A stretch of DNA of 64,000 nucleotides. It comes from Azolla caroliniana (lineage: Eukaryota > Plantae > Polypodiophyta). The stretch covers positions 92,190 to 156,189 of the forward strand of contig JBHGNT010000060.1 in NCBI GenBank assembly GCA_043228905.1. Direction: 5' to 3'. The notes under the pieces are model-generated. The model was not told where the DNA came from. It ran no database searches and worked only from the letters and a program-made list of their open reading frames with translations. Below, one piece after another: positions 1 to 15,000 of this stretch (its first letter is position 1; each line of letters opens with the position of its first letter). The translations under genes were made by a program, and so were the position numbers.

Positions 1-3000
1 GTCAATTAAAATGTTCATACCTGGCTCGTGTGATATCGGATTTTTGTGTTCAAACATGCGTATTGAAGCTAACAACGCTACCTATGATATGGAATTAAAA
101 AATGCAGATTTTGAAACTCATGTCGAGAGACATGAAGAAATTAGCACATTTGAGGAGGTAGTGGAGAACAGCCCGTTAGGAAATAAAAATGTTCATACCT
201 GGCTCGTGTGATATCGGATTTTTGTGTTCAAACATGCGTATCGAATCTAAGAACGCTAGCTATGCTATAGAATTAAAAAATGAAGATTTTGAAACTCAGG
301 TCGAGAGACATGAAGAAATTAGCACATTTGAGGAGGGACTTGAGAAGAGCCCATGAGTCAATTAAAATGTTCATACCTGGCTCGTGTGATATCGGATTTT
401 TGTGTTCAAACATTCGTATCGAATCTAAGAACGCTAGCTATGCTATAGAATTAAAAAATCCAGATTTTGAAACTCAGGTCGAGAGACATGAAGAAATTAG
501 CACATTTGAGGAGGGACTTGAGAAGAGCCCATGAGTCAATTAAAATGTTCATACCTGGCTCGTGTGATATCGGATTTTTGTGTTCAAACATGCGTATCGA
601 AGCTAACAACGCTAGCTATGCTATAGAATAAAAAAATCAAGATTTTGAAACTCAGGTCGAGAGACATAAAGAAATTAGCACATTTGAGGAGGTAGTGGAG
701 AACAGCCCGTTAGGAAATAAAAAAGTTCATACCTGGCTCGTGTGATATCGGATTTTTGTGTTCAAACATGCGTATCGAAGCTAAGAACGCTAGCTATGCT
801 ATAGAATTAAAAAATCCAGATTTTGAAACTCAGGTCGAGAGACATGAAGAAATTAGCACATTTGAGGAGGGACTTGAGAAGAGCCCATGAGTCAATTAAA
901 ATGTTCATACCTGGCTCGTGTGATATCGGATTTTTGTGTTCAAACATGCGTATCGAAGCTAACAACGCTAGCTATGCTATAGAATAAAAAAATCAAGATT
1001 TTGAAACTCAGGTCGAGAGACATGAAGAAATTAGCAAATTAGAGGAGGGACTTGAAAAGAGGCCGTGAGTCAATTAAAGTGTTCATACCAGGCTCGTGTG
1101 ATATCGGATTTTTGTGTTCAAACATGCGTATCGAAGCTAACAACGCTAGTTATGCTATAGAATTAAAAAATGAAGATTTTGAAACTCAGGTCGAGAGACA
1201 TGAAGAAATTAGCACATTTGAGGAGGGACTTGAGAAGAGCCCATGAGTCAATTAAAATGTTCATACCTGGCTCGTGTGATATCGGATTTTTGTGTTCAAA
1301 CATGCGTATCGAAGCTAAGAACGCTAGCTATGCTATAGAATTAAAAAATCCAGATTTTGAAACTCAGGTCGAGAGACATGAAGAAATTAGCACATTTGAG
1401 GAGGGACATGAGAAGAGCCCATGAGTCAATTAAAATGTTCATACCTGGCTCGTGTGATATCGGATTTTTGTGTTCAAACATGCGTATTGAAGCTAACAAC
1501 GCTACCTATGATATGGAATTAAAAAATGCAGATTTTGAAACTCATGTCGAGAGACATGAAGAAATTAGCACATTTGAGGAGGTAGTGGAGAACAGCCCGT
1601 TAGGAAATAAAAATGTTCATACCTGGCTCGTGTGATATCGGATTTTTGTGTTCAAACATGCGTATCGAATCTAAGAACGCTAGCTATGCTATAGAATTAA
1701 AAAATCCAGATTTTGAAACTCAGGTCGAGAGACATGAAGAAATTAGCACATTTGAGGAGGGACTTGAGAAGAGCCCATGAGTCAATTAAAATGTTCATAC
1801 CTGGCTCGTGTGATATCGGATTTTTGTGTTCAAACATTCGTATCGAATCTAAGAACGCTAGCTATGCTATAGAATTAAAAAATCCAGATTTTGAAACTCA
1901 GGTCGAGAGACATGAAGAAATTAGCACATTTGAGGAGGGACTTGAGAAGAGCCCATGAGTCAATTAAAATGTTCATACCTGGCTCGTGTGATATCGGATT
2001 TTCGTGTTCAAACATGCGTATCGAAGCTAACAACGCTAGCTATGCTATAGAATAAAAAAATCAAGATTTTGAAACTCAGGTCGAGAGACATGAAGAAATT
2101 AGCAAATTAGAGGAGGGACTTGAAAAGAGGCCGTGAGTCAATTAAAATGTTCATACCAGGCTCGTGTGATATCGGATTTTTGTGTTCAAACATGCGTATC
2201 GAAGCTACCAACGCTAGTTATGCAATAGAATTAAAAAATGAAGATTTTGAAACTCAGGTCGAGAGACATGAAGAAATTAGCACATTTGAGGAGGGACTTG
2301 AGAAGAGCCCATGAGTCAATTAAAATGTTCATACCTGGCTCGTGTGATATCGGATTTTTGTGTTCAAACATTCGTATCGAATCTAAGAACGCTAGCTATG
2401 CTATAGAATTAAAAAATCCAGATTTTGAAACTCAGGTCCAGAGACATGAAGAAATTAGCACATTTGAGGAGGGACTTGAGAAGAGCCCATGAGTCAATTA
2501 AAATGTTCATACCTGGCTCGTGTGATATCGGATTTTTGTGTTCAAACATGCGTATCGAAGCTAACAACGCTAGCTATGCTATAGAATAAAAAAATCAAGA
2601 TTTTGAAACTCAGGTCGAGAGAAATAAAGAAATTAGCACATTTGAGGAGGTAGTGGAGAACAGCCCGTTAGGAAATAAAAAAGTTCATACCTGGCTCGTG
2701 TGATATCGGATTTTTGTGTTCAAACATGCGTATCGAATCTAAGAACGCTAGCTATGCTATAGAATTAAAAAATCCAGATTTTGAAACTCAGGTCGAGAGA
2801 CATGAAGAAATTAGCACATTTGAGGAGGGACTTGAGAAGAGCCCATGAGTCAATTAAAATGTTCATACCTGGCTCGTGTGATATCGGATTTTTGAACACA
2901 AAAATGCGTATCGAAGCTAACAACGCTAGCTATGCTATAGAATAAAAAAATCAAGATTTTGAAACTCAAGTCGAGAGACATGAAGAAATTAGCAAATTAG

Positions 3001-6000
3001 AGGAGGGACTTGAAAGGAGGCCGTGAGTCAATTAAAATGTTCATACCAGGCTCGTGTGATATCGGATTTTTGTGTTCAAACATGCGTATCGAAGCTACCA
3101 ACGCTAGTTATGCTATAGAATTAAAAAATCCAGATTTTGAAACTCAGGTCCAGAGACATGAAGAAATTAGCACATTTGAGGAGGGACTTCAGAAGAGCCC
3201 ATGAGTCAATTAAAATGTTCATACCTGACTCGTGTGATATCGGATTTTTGTGTTCAAACATTCGTATCGAATCTAAGAACGCTAGCTATGCTATAGAATT
3301 AAAAAATCCAGATTTTGAAACTCAGGTCGAGAGACATGAAGAAATTAGCACATTTGAGGAGGGACTTGAGAAGAGCCCATGAGTCAATTAAAATGTTCAT
3401 ACCTGGCTCGTGTGATATCGGATTTTTGTGTTCAAACATGCGTATCGAAGCTAACAACGCTAGCTATGCTATAGAATAAAAAAATCAAGATTTTGAAACT
3501 CAGGTCGAGAGACATAAAGAAATTAGCACATTTGAGGAGGTAGTGGAGAACAGCCCGTTAGGAAATAAAAAAGTTCATACCTGGCTCGTGTGATATCGGA
3601 TTTTTGTGTTCAAACATGCGTATCGAAGCTAAGAACGCTAGCTATGCTATAGAATTAAAAAATCCAGATTTTGAAACTCAGGTCGAGAGACATGAAGAAA
3701 TTAGCACATTTGAGGAGGGACTTGAGAAGAGCCCATGAGTCAATTAAAATGTTCATACCTGGCTCGTGTGATATCGGATTTTTGTGTTCAAACATGCGTA
3801 TCGAAGCTAACAACGCTAGCTATGATATGGAATAAAAAAATCAAGATTTTGAAACTCATGTCGAGAGACATGAAGAAATTAGCACATTTGAGGAGGGACT
3901 TGAGAAGAGCCCATGAGTCAATTAAAATGTTCATACCTGGCTCGTGTGATATCGGATTTTTGTGTTCAAACATTCGTATCGAATCTAAGAACGCTAGCTA
4001 TGCTATAGAATTAAAAAATCCAGATTTTGAAACTCAGGTCGAGAGACATGAAGAAATTAGCACATTTGAGGAGGGACTTGAGAAGAGCCCATGAGTCAAT
4101 TAAAATGTTCATACCTGGCTCGTGTGATATCGGATTTTTGTGTTCAAACATTCGTATCGAAGCTAACAACGCTAGCTATGCTATAGAATTAAAAAATCAA
4201 GATTTTGAAACTCAGGTCGAGAGACATGAAGAAATTAGCACATTTGAGGAGGGACTTGAGAAGAGCCCATGAGTCAATTAAAATGTTCATACCTGGCTCG
4301 TGTGATATCGGATTTTTGTGTTCAAACATGCGTATCGAAGCTAACAACGCTAGCTATGCTATAGAATAAAAAAATCAAGATTTTGAAACTCAGGTCGAGA
4401 GACATGAAGAAATTAGCAAATTAGAGGAGGGACTTGAAAAGAGGCCGTGAGTCAATTAAAATGTTCATACCAGGCTCGTGTGATATCGGATTTTTGTGTT
4501 CAAACATGCGTATCGAAGCTACCAACGCTAGTTATGCAATAGAATTAAAAAATGAAGATTTTGAAACTCAGGTCGAGAGACATGAAGAAATTAGCACATT
4601 TGAGGAGGGACTTGAGAAGAGCCCATGAGTCAATTAAAATGTTCATACCTGGCTCGTGTGATATCGGATTTTTGTGTTCAAACATTCGTATCGAATCTAA
4701 GAACGCTAGCTATGCTATAGAATTAAAAAATCCAGATTTTGAAACTCAGGTCCAGAGACATGAAGAAATTAGCACATTTGAGGAGGGACTTGAGAAGAGC
4801 CCATGAGTCAATTAAAATGTTCATACCTGGCTCGTGTGATATCGGATTTTTGTGTTCAAACATGCGTATCGAAGCTAACAACGCTAGCTATGCTATAGAA
4901 TAAAAAAATCAAGATTTTGAAACTCAGGTCGAGAGAAATAAAGAAATTAGCACATTTGAGGAGGTAGTGGAGAACAGCCCGTTAGGAAATAAAAAAGTTC
5001 ATACCTGGCTCGTGTGATATCGGATTTTTGTGTTCAAACATGCGTATCGAATCTAAGAACGCTAGCTATGCTATAGAATTAAAAAATCCAGATTTTGAAA
5101 CTCAGGTCGAGAGACATGAAGAAATTAGCACATTTGAGGAGGGACTTGAGAAGAGCCCATGAGTCAATTAAAATGTTCATACCTGGCTCGTGTGATATCG
5201 GATTTTTGAACACAAAAATGCGTATCGAAGCTAACAACGCTAGCTATGCTATAGAATAAAAAAATCAAGATTTTGAAACTCAAGTCGAGAGACATGAAGA
5301 AATTAGCAAATTAGAGGAGGGACTTGAAAGGAGGCCGTGAGTCAATTAAAATGTTCATACCAGGCTCGTGTGATATCGGATTTTTGTGTTCAAACATGCG
5401 TATCGAAGCTACCAACGCTAGTTATGCTATAGAATTAAAAAATCCAGATTTTGAAACTCAGGTCCAGAGACATGAAGAAATTAGCACATTTGAGGAGGGA
5501 CTTCAGAAGAGCCCATGAGTCAATTAAAATGTTCATACCTGACTCGTGTGATATCGGATTTTTGTGTTCAAACATTCGTATCGAATCTAAGAACGCTAGC
5601 TATGCTATAGAATTAAAAAATCCAGATTTTGAAACTCAGGTCGAGAGACATGAAGAAATTAGCACATTTGAGGAGGGACTTGAGAAGAGCCCATGAGTCA
5701 ATTAAAATGTTCATACCTGGCTCGTGTGATATCGGATTTTTGTGTTCAAACATGCGTATCGAAGCTAACAACGCTAGCTATGCTATAGAATAAAAAAATC
5801 AAGATTTTGAAACTCAGGTCGAGAGACATAAAGAAATTAGCACATTTGAGGAGGTAGTGGAGAACAGCCCGTTAGGAAATAAAAAAGTTCATACCTGGCT
5901 CGTGTGATATCGGATTTTTGTGTTCAAACATGCGTATCGAAGCTAAGAACGCTAGCTATGCTATAGAATTAAAAAATCCAGATTTTGAAACTCAGGTCGA

Positions 6001-9000
6001 GAGACATGAAGAAATTAGCACATTTGAGGAGGGACTTGAGAAGAGCCCATGAGTCAATTAAAATGTTCATACCTGGCTCGTGTGATATCGGATTTTTGTG
6101 TTCAAACATGCGTATCGAAGCTAACAACGCTAGCTATGATATGGAATAAAAAAATCAAGATTTTGAAACTCATGTCGAGAGACATGAAGAAATTAGCACA
6201 TTTGAGGAGGGACTTGAGAAGAGCCCATGAGTCAATTAAAATGTTCATACCTGGCTCGTGTGATATCGGATTTTTGTGTTCAAACATTCGTATCGAATCT
6301 AAGAACGCTAGCTATGCTATAGAATTAAAAAATCCAGATTTTGAAACTCAGGTCGAGAGACATGAAGAAATTAGCACATTTGAGGAGGGACTTGAGAAGA
6401 GCCCATGAGTCAATTAAAATGTTCATACCTGGCTCGTGTGATATCGGATTTTTGTGTTCAAACATGCGTATCGAAGCTAACAACGCTAGCTATGCTATAG
6501 AATAAAAAAATCAAGATTTTGAAACTCAGGTCGAGAGACATGAAGAAATTAGCAAATTAGAGGAGGGACTTGAAAAGAGGCCGTGAGTCAATTAAAATGT
6601 TCATACCAGGCTCGTGTGATATCGGATTTTTGTGTTCAAACATGCGTATCGAAGCTACCAACGCTAGTTATGCAATAGAATTAAAAAATGAAGATTTTGA
6701 AACTCAGGTCGAGAGACATGAAGAAATTAGCACATTTGAGGACGGACTTGAGAAGAGCCCATGAGTCAATTAAAATGTTCATACCTGGCTCGTGTGATAT
6801 CGGATTTTTGTGTTCAAACATTCGTATCGAATCTAAGAACGCTAGCTATGCTATAGAATTAAAAAATCCAGATTTTGAAACTCAGGTCCAGAGACATGAA
6901 GAAATTAGCACATTTGAGGAGGGACTTGAGAAGAGCCCATGAGTCAATTAAAATGTTCATACCTGGCTCGTGTGATATCGGATTTTTGTGTTCAAACATG
7001 CGTATCGAAGCTAACAACGCTAGCTATGCTATAGAATAAAAAAATCAAGATTTTGAAACTCAGGTCGAGAGAAATAAAGAAATTAGCACATTTGAGGAGG
7101 TAGTGGAGAACAGCCCGTTAGGAAATAAAAAAGTTCATACCTGGCTCGTGTGATATCGGATTTTTGTGTTCAAACATGCGTATCGAATCTAAGAACGCTA
7201 GCTATGCTATAGAATTAAAAAATCCAGATTTTGAAACTCAGGTCGAGAGACATGAAGAAATTAGCACATTTGAGGAGGGACTTGAGAAGAGCCCATGAGT
7301 CAATTAAAATGTTCATACCTGGCTCGTGTGATATCGGATTTTTGAACACAAAAATGCGTATCGAAGCTAACAACGCTAGCTATGCTATAGAATAAAAAAA
7401 TCAAGATTTTGAAACTCAAGTCGAGAGACATGAAGAAATTAGCAAATTAGAGGAGGGACTTGAAAGGAGGCCGTGAGTCAATTAAAATGTTCATACCAGG
7501 CTCGTGTGATATCGGATTTTTGTGTTCAAACATGCGTATCGAAGCTACCAACGCTAGTTATGCTATAGAATTAAAAAATGAAGATTTTGAAACTCAGGTC
7601 GAGAGACATGAAGAAATTAGCACATTTGAGGAGGTAGTGGAGAACAGCCCGTGAGTCAATTAAAATGTTCATACCTGGCTCGTGTGATATCGGATTTTTG
7701 TGTTCAAACATTCGTATCGAATCTAAGAACGCTAGCTATGCTATAGAATTAAAAAATCCAGATTTTGAAACTCAGGTCGAGAGACATGAAGAAATTAGCA
7801 CATTTGAGGAGGGACTTGAGAAGAGCCCATGAGTCAATTAAAATGTTCATACCTGGCTCGTGTGATATCGGATTTTTGTGTTCAAACATGCGTATCGAAG
7901 CTAACAACGCTAGCTATGCTATAGAATAAAAAAATCAAGATTTTGAAACTCAGGTCGAGAGACATGAAGAAATTAGCAAATTAGAGGAGGGACTTGAAAA
8001 GAGGCCGTGAGTCAATTAAAATGTTCATACCAGGCTCGTGTGATATCGGATTTTTGTGTTCAAACATGCGTATCGAAGCTACCAACGCTAGTTATGCAAT
8101 AGAATTAAAAAATGAAGATTTTGAAACTCAGGTCGAGAGACATGAAGAAATTAGCACATTTGAGGAGGGACTTGAGAAGAGCCCATGAGTCAATTAAAAT
8201 GTTCATACCTGGCTCGTGTGATATCGGATTTTTGTGTTCAAACATTCGTATCGAATCTAAGAACGCTAGCTATGCTATAGAATTAAAAAATCCAGATTTT
8301 GAAACTCAGGTCCAGAGACATGAAGAAATTAGCACATTTGAGGAGGGACTTGAGAAGAGCCCATGAGTCAATTAAAATGTTCATACCTGGCTCGTGTGAT
8401 ATCGGATTTTTGTGTTCAAACATGCGTATCGAAGCTAACAACGCTAGCTATGCTATAGAATAAAAAAATCAAGATTTTGAAACTCAGGTCGAGAGAAATA
8501 AAGAAATTAGCACATTTGAGGAGGTAGTAGAGAACAGCCCGTTAGGAAATAAAAAAGTTCATACCTGGCTCGTGTGATATCGGATTTTTGTGTTCAAACA
8601 TGCGTATCGAATCTAAGAACGCTAGCTATGCTATAGAATTAAAAAATCCAGATTTTGAAACTCAGGTCGAGAGACATGAAGAAATTAGCACATTTGAGGA
8701 GGGACTTGAGAAGAGCCCATGAGTCAATTAAAATGTTCATACCTGGCTCGTGTGATATCGGATTTTTGAACACAAAAATGCGTATCGAAGCTAACAACGC
8801 TAGCTATGCTATAGAATAAAAAAATCAAGATTTTGAAACTCAAGTCGAGAGACATGAAGAAATTAGCAAATTAGAGGAGGGACTTGAAAGGAGGCCGTGA
8901 GTCAATTAAAATGTTCATACCAGGCTCGTGTGATATCGGATTTTTGTGTTCAAACATGCGTATCGAAGCTACCAACGCTAGTTATGCTATAGAATTAAAA

Positions 9001-12000
9001 AATCCAGATTTTGAAACTCAGGTCCAGAGACATGAAGAAATTAGCACATTTGAGGAGGGACTTGAGAAGAGCCCATGAGTCAATTAAAATGTTCATACCT
9101 GACTCGTGTGATATCGGATTTTTGTGTTCAAACATTCGTATCGAATCTAAGAACGCTAGCTATGCTATAGAATTAAAAAATCCAGATTTTGAAACTCAGG
9201 TCGAGAGACATGAAGAAATTAGCACATTTGAGGAGGGACTTGAGAAGAGCCCATGAGTCAATTAAAATGTTCATACCTGGCTCGTGTGATATCGGATTTT
9301 TGTGTTCAAACATGCGTATCGAAGCTAACAACGCTAGCTATGCTATAGAATAAAAAAATCAAGATTTTGAAACTCAGGTCGAGAGACATAAAGAAATTAG
9401 CACATTTGAGGAGGTAGTGGAGAACAGCCCGTTAGGAAATAAAAAAGTTCATACCTGGCTCGTGTGATATCGGATTTTTGTGTTCAAACATGCGTATCGA
9501 AGCTAAGAACGCTAGCTATGCTATAGAATTAAAAAATCCAGATTTTGAAACTCAGGTCGAGAGACATGAAGAAATTAGCACATTTGAGGAGGGACTTGAG
9601 AAGAGCCCATGAGTCAATTAAAATGTTCATACCTGGCTCGTGTGATATCGGATTTTTGTGTTCAAACATGCGTATCGAAGCTAACAACGCTAGCTATGCT
9701 ATAGAATAAAAAAATCAAGATTTTGAAACTCAGGTCGAGAGACATGAAGAAATTAGCAAATTAGAGGAGGGACTTGAAAAGAGGCCGTGAGTCAATTAAA
9801 ATGTTCATACCAGGCTCGTGTGATATCGGATTTTTGTGTTCAAACATGCGTATCGAAGCTACCAACGCTAGTTATGCAATAGAATTAAAAAATGAAGATT
9901 TTGAAACTCAGGTCGAGAGACATGAAGAAATTAGCACATTTGAGGAGGGACTTGAGAAGAGCCCATGAGTCAATTAAAATGTTCATACCTGGCTCGTGTG
10001 ATATCGGATTTTTGTGTTCAAACATTCGTATCGAATCTAAGAACGCTAGCTATGCTATAGAATTAAAAAATCCAGATTTTGAAACTCAGGTCCAGAGACA
10101 TGAAGAAATTAGCACATTTGAGGAGGGACTTGAGAAGAGCCCATGAGTCAATTAAAATGTTCATACCTGGCTCGTGTGATATCGGATTTTTGTGTTCAAA
10201 CATGCGTATCGAAGCTAACAACGCTAGCTATGCTATAGAATAAAAAAATCAAGATTTTGAAACTCAGGTCGAGAGAAATAAAGAAATTAGCACATTTGAG
10301 GAGGTAGTAGAGAACAGCCCGTTAGGAAATAAAAAAGTTCATACCTGGCTCGTGTGATATCGGATTTTTGTGTTCAAACATGCGTATCGAATCTAAGAAC
10401 GCTAGCTATGCTATAGAATTAAAAAATCCAGATTTTGAAACTCAGGTCGAGAGACATGAAGAAATTAGCACATTTGAGGAGGGACTTGAGAAGAGCCCAT
10501 GAGTCAATTAAAATGTTCATACCTGGCTCGTGTGATATCGGATTTTTGAACACAAAAATGCGTATCGAAGCTAACAACGCTAGCTATGCTATAGAATAAA
10601 AAAATCAAGATTTTGAAACTCAAGTCGAGAGACATGAAGAAATTAGCAAATTAGAGGAGGGACTTGAAAGGAGGCCGTGAGTCAATTAAAATGTTCATAC
10701 CAGGCTCGTGTGATATCGGATTTTTGTGTTCAAACATGCGTATCGAAGCTACCAACGCTAGTTATGCTATAGAATTAAAAAATCCAGATTTTGAAACTCA
10801 GGTCCAGAGACATGAAGAAATTAGCACATTTGAGGAGGGACTTGAGAAGAGCCCATGAGTCAATTAAAATGTTCATACCTGACTCGTGTGATATCGGATT
10901 TTTGTGTTCAAACATTCGTATCGAATCTAAGAACGCTAGCTATGCTATAGAATTAAAAAATCCAGATTTTGAAACTCAGGTCGAGAGACATGAAGAAATT
11001 AGCACATTTGAGGAGGGACTTGAGAAGAGCCCATGAGTCAATTAAAATGTTCATACCTGGCTCGTGTGATATCGGATTTTTGTGTTCAAACATGCGTATC
11101 GAAGCTAACAACGCTAGCTATGCTATAGAATAAAAAAATCAAGATTTTGAAACTCAGGTCGAGAGACATAAAGAAATTAGCACATTTGAGGAGGTAGTGG
11201 AGAACAGCCCGTTAGGAAATAAAAAAGTTCATACCTGGCTCGTGTGATATCGGATTTTTGTGTTCAAACATGCGTATCGAAGCTAAGAACGCTAGCTATG
11301 CTATAGAATTAAAAAATCCAGATTTTGAAACTCAGGTCGAGAGACATGAAGAAATTAGCACATTTGAGGAGGGACTTGAGAAGAGCCCATGAGTCAATTA
11401 AAATGTTCATACCTGGCTCGTGTGATATCGGATTTTTGTGTTCAAACATGCGTATCGAAGCTAACAACGCTAGCTATGCTATAGAATAAAAAAATCAAGA
11501 TTTTGAAACTCAGGTCGAGAGACATGAAGAAATTAGCAAATTAGAGGAGGGACTTGAAAAGAGGCCGTGAGTCAATTAAAGTGTTCATACCAGGCTCGTG
11601 TGATATCGGATTTTTGTGTTCAAACATGCGTATCGAAGCTAACAACGCTAGTTATGCTATAGAATTAAAAAATGAAGATTTTGAAACTCAGGTCGAGAGA
11701 CATGAAGAAATTAGCACATTTGAGGAGGGACTTGAGAAGAGCCCATGAGTCAATTAAAATGTTCATACCTGGCTCGTGTGATATCGGATTTTTGTGTTCA
11801 AACATGCGTATCGAAGCTAAGAACGCTAGCTATGCTATAGAATTAAAAAATCCAGATTTTGAAACTCAGGTCGAGAGACATGAAGAAATTAGCACATTTG
11901 AGGAGGGACTTGAGAAGAGCCCATGAGTCAATTAAAATGTTCATACCTGGCTCGTGTGATATCGGATTTTTGTGTTCAAACATGCGTATCGAAGCTAACA

Positions 12001-15000
12001 ACGCTAGCTATGCTATAGAATAAAAAAATCAAGATTTTGAAACTCAGGTCGAGAGACATGAAGAAATTAGCAAATTAGAGGAGGGACTTGAAAAGAGGCC
12101 GTGAGTCAATTAAAGTGTTCATACCAGGCTCGTGTGATATCGGATTTTTGTGTTCAAACATGCGTATCGAAGCTAACAACGCTAGTTATGCTATAGAATT
12201 AAAAAATGAAGATTTTGAAACTCAGGTCGAGAGACATGAAGAAATTAGCACATTTGAGGAGGGACTTGAGAAGAGCCCATGAGTCAATTAAAATGTTCAT
12301 ACCTGGCTCGTGTGATATCGGATTTTTGTGTTCAAACATGCGTATCGAAGCTAACAACGCTAGCTATGCTATAGAATAAAAAAATCAAGATTTTGAAACT
12401 CAGGTCGAGAGACATGAAGAAATTAGCAAATTAGAGGAGGGACTTGAAAAGAGGCCGTGAGTCAATTAAAATGTTCATACCAGGCTCGTGTGATATCGGA
12501 TTTTTGTGTTCAAACATGCGTATCGAAGCTACCAACGCTAGTTATGCTATAGAATTAAAAAATGAAGATTTTGAAACTCAGGTCGAGAGACATGAAGAAA
12601 TTAGCAGATTTGAGGAGGGACTTGAGAAGAGCCCATGAGTCAATTAAAATATTCATACCTGGCTCGTGTGATATCGGATTTTTGTGTTCAAACATGCGTA
12701 TCGAAGCTAAGAACGCTAGCTATGCTATAGAATTAAAAAATCCAGATTTTGAAACTCAGGTCGAGAGACATGAAGAAATTAGCACATTTGAGGAGGGACT
12801 TGAGAAGAGCCCGTGAGTCAATTAAAATGTTCATACCTGGCTCGTGTGATATCGGATTTTTGTGTTCAAACATGCGTATCGAAGCTAACAACGCTAGCTA
12901 TGCTATAGAATAAAAAAATCAAGATTTTGAAACTCAGGTCGAGAGACATGAAGAAATTAGCAAATTAGAGGAGGGACTTGAAAAGAGGCCGTGAGTCAAT
13001 TAAAATGTTCATACCAGGCTCGTGTGATATCGGATTTTTGTGTTCAAACATGCGTATCGAAGCTACCAACGCTAGTTATGCTATAGAATTAAAAAATGAA
13101 GATTTTGAAACTCAGGTCGAGAGACATGAAGAAATTAGCAGATTTGAGGAGGGACTTGAGAAGAGCCCATGAGTCAATTAAAATATTCATACCTGGCTCG
13201 TGTCATATCGGATTTTTGTGTTCAAACATTCGTATCGAATCTAAGAACGCTAGCTATGCTATAGAATTAAAAAATCCAGATTTTGAAACTTAGGTCGAGA
13301 GACATGAAGAAATTAGCACATTTGAGGAGGGACTTGAGAAGAGCCCATGAGTCAATTAAAATGTTCATACCTGGCTCGTGTGATATCGGATTTTTGTGTT
13401 CAAACATGCGTATCGAAGCTAACAACGCTAGCTATGCTATAGAATAAAAAAATCAAGATTTTGAAACTCAGGTCGAGAGACATAAAGAAATTAGCACATT
13501 TGAGGAGGTAGTGGAGAACAGCCCGTTAGGAAATAAAAATGTTCATACCTGGCTCGTGTGATATCGGATTTTTGTGTTCAAACATTCGTATAGAATCTAA
13601 GAACGCTAGCTATGCTATAGAATTAAAAAATCCAGATTTTGAAACTCAGGTCGAGAGACATGAAGAAATTAGCACATTTGAGGAGGGACTTGAGAAGAGC
13701 CCATGAGTCAATTAAAATGTTCATACCTGGCTCGTGTGATATCGGATTTTTGTGTTCAAACATGCGTATCGAAGCTAACAACGCTAGCTATGCTATAGAA
13801 TAAAAAAATCAAGATTTTGAAACTCAGGTCGAGAGACATGAAGAAATTAGCAAATTAGAGGAGGGACTTGAAAAGAGGCCGTGAGTCAATTAAAGTGTTC
13901 ATACCAGGCTCGTGTGATATCGGATTTTTGTGTTCAAACATGCGTATCGAAGCTAACAACGCTAGTTATGCTATAGAATTAAAAAATGAAGATTTTGAAA
14001 CTCAGGTCGAGAGACATGAAGAAATTAGCACATTTGAGGAGGGACTTGAGAAGAGCCCATGAGTCAATTAAAATGTTCATACCTGGCTCGTGTGATATCG
14101 GATTTTTGTGTTCAAACATGCGTATCGAAGCTAAGAACGCTAGCTATGCTATAGAATTAAAAAATCCAGATTTTGAAACTCAGGTCGAGAGACATGAAGA
14201 AATTAGCACATTTGAGGAGGGACTTGAGAAGAGCCCGTGAGTCAATTAAAATGTTCATACCTGGCTCGTGTGATATCGGATTTTTGTGTTCAAACATGCG
14301 TATCGAAGCTAACAACGCTAGCTATGCTATAGAATAAAAAAATCAAGATTTTGAAACTCAGGTCGAGAGACATGAAGAAATTAGCAAATTAGAGGAGGGA
14401 CTTGAAAAGAGGCCGTGAGTCAATTAAAATGTTCATACCAGGCTCGTGTGATATCGGATTTTTGTGTTCAAACATGCGTATCGAAGCTACCAACGCTAGT
14501 TATGCTATAGAATTAAAAAATGAAGATTTTGAAACTCAGGTCGAGAGACATGAAGAAATTAGCAGATTTGAGGAGGGACTTGAGAAGAGCCCATGAGTCA
14601 ATTAAAATATTCATACCTGGCTCGTGTCATATCGGATTTTTGTGTTCAAACATTCGTATCGAATCTAAGAACGCTAGCTATGCTATAGAATTAAAAAATC
14701 CAGATTTTGAAACTTAGGTCGAGAGACATGAAGAAATTAGCACATTTGAGGAGGGACTTGAGAAGAGCCCATGAGTCAATTAAAAAGTTCATACCTGGCT
14801 CGTGTGATATCGGATTTTTGTGTTCAAACATGCGTATCGAAGCTAACAACGCTAGCTATGCTATAGAATAAAAAAATCAAGATTTTGAAACTCAGGTCGA
14901 GAGACATAAAGAAATTAGCACATTTGAGGAGGTAGTGGAGAACAGCCCGTTAGGAAATAAAAAAGTTCATACCTGGCTCGTGTGATATCGGATTTTTGTG

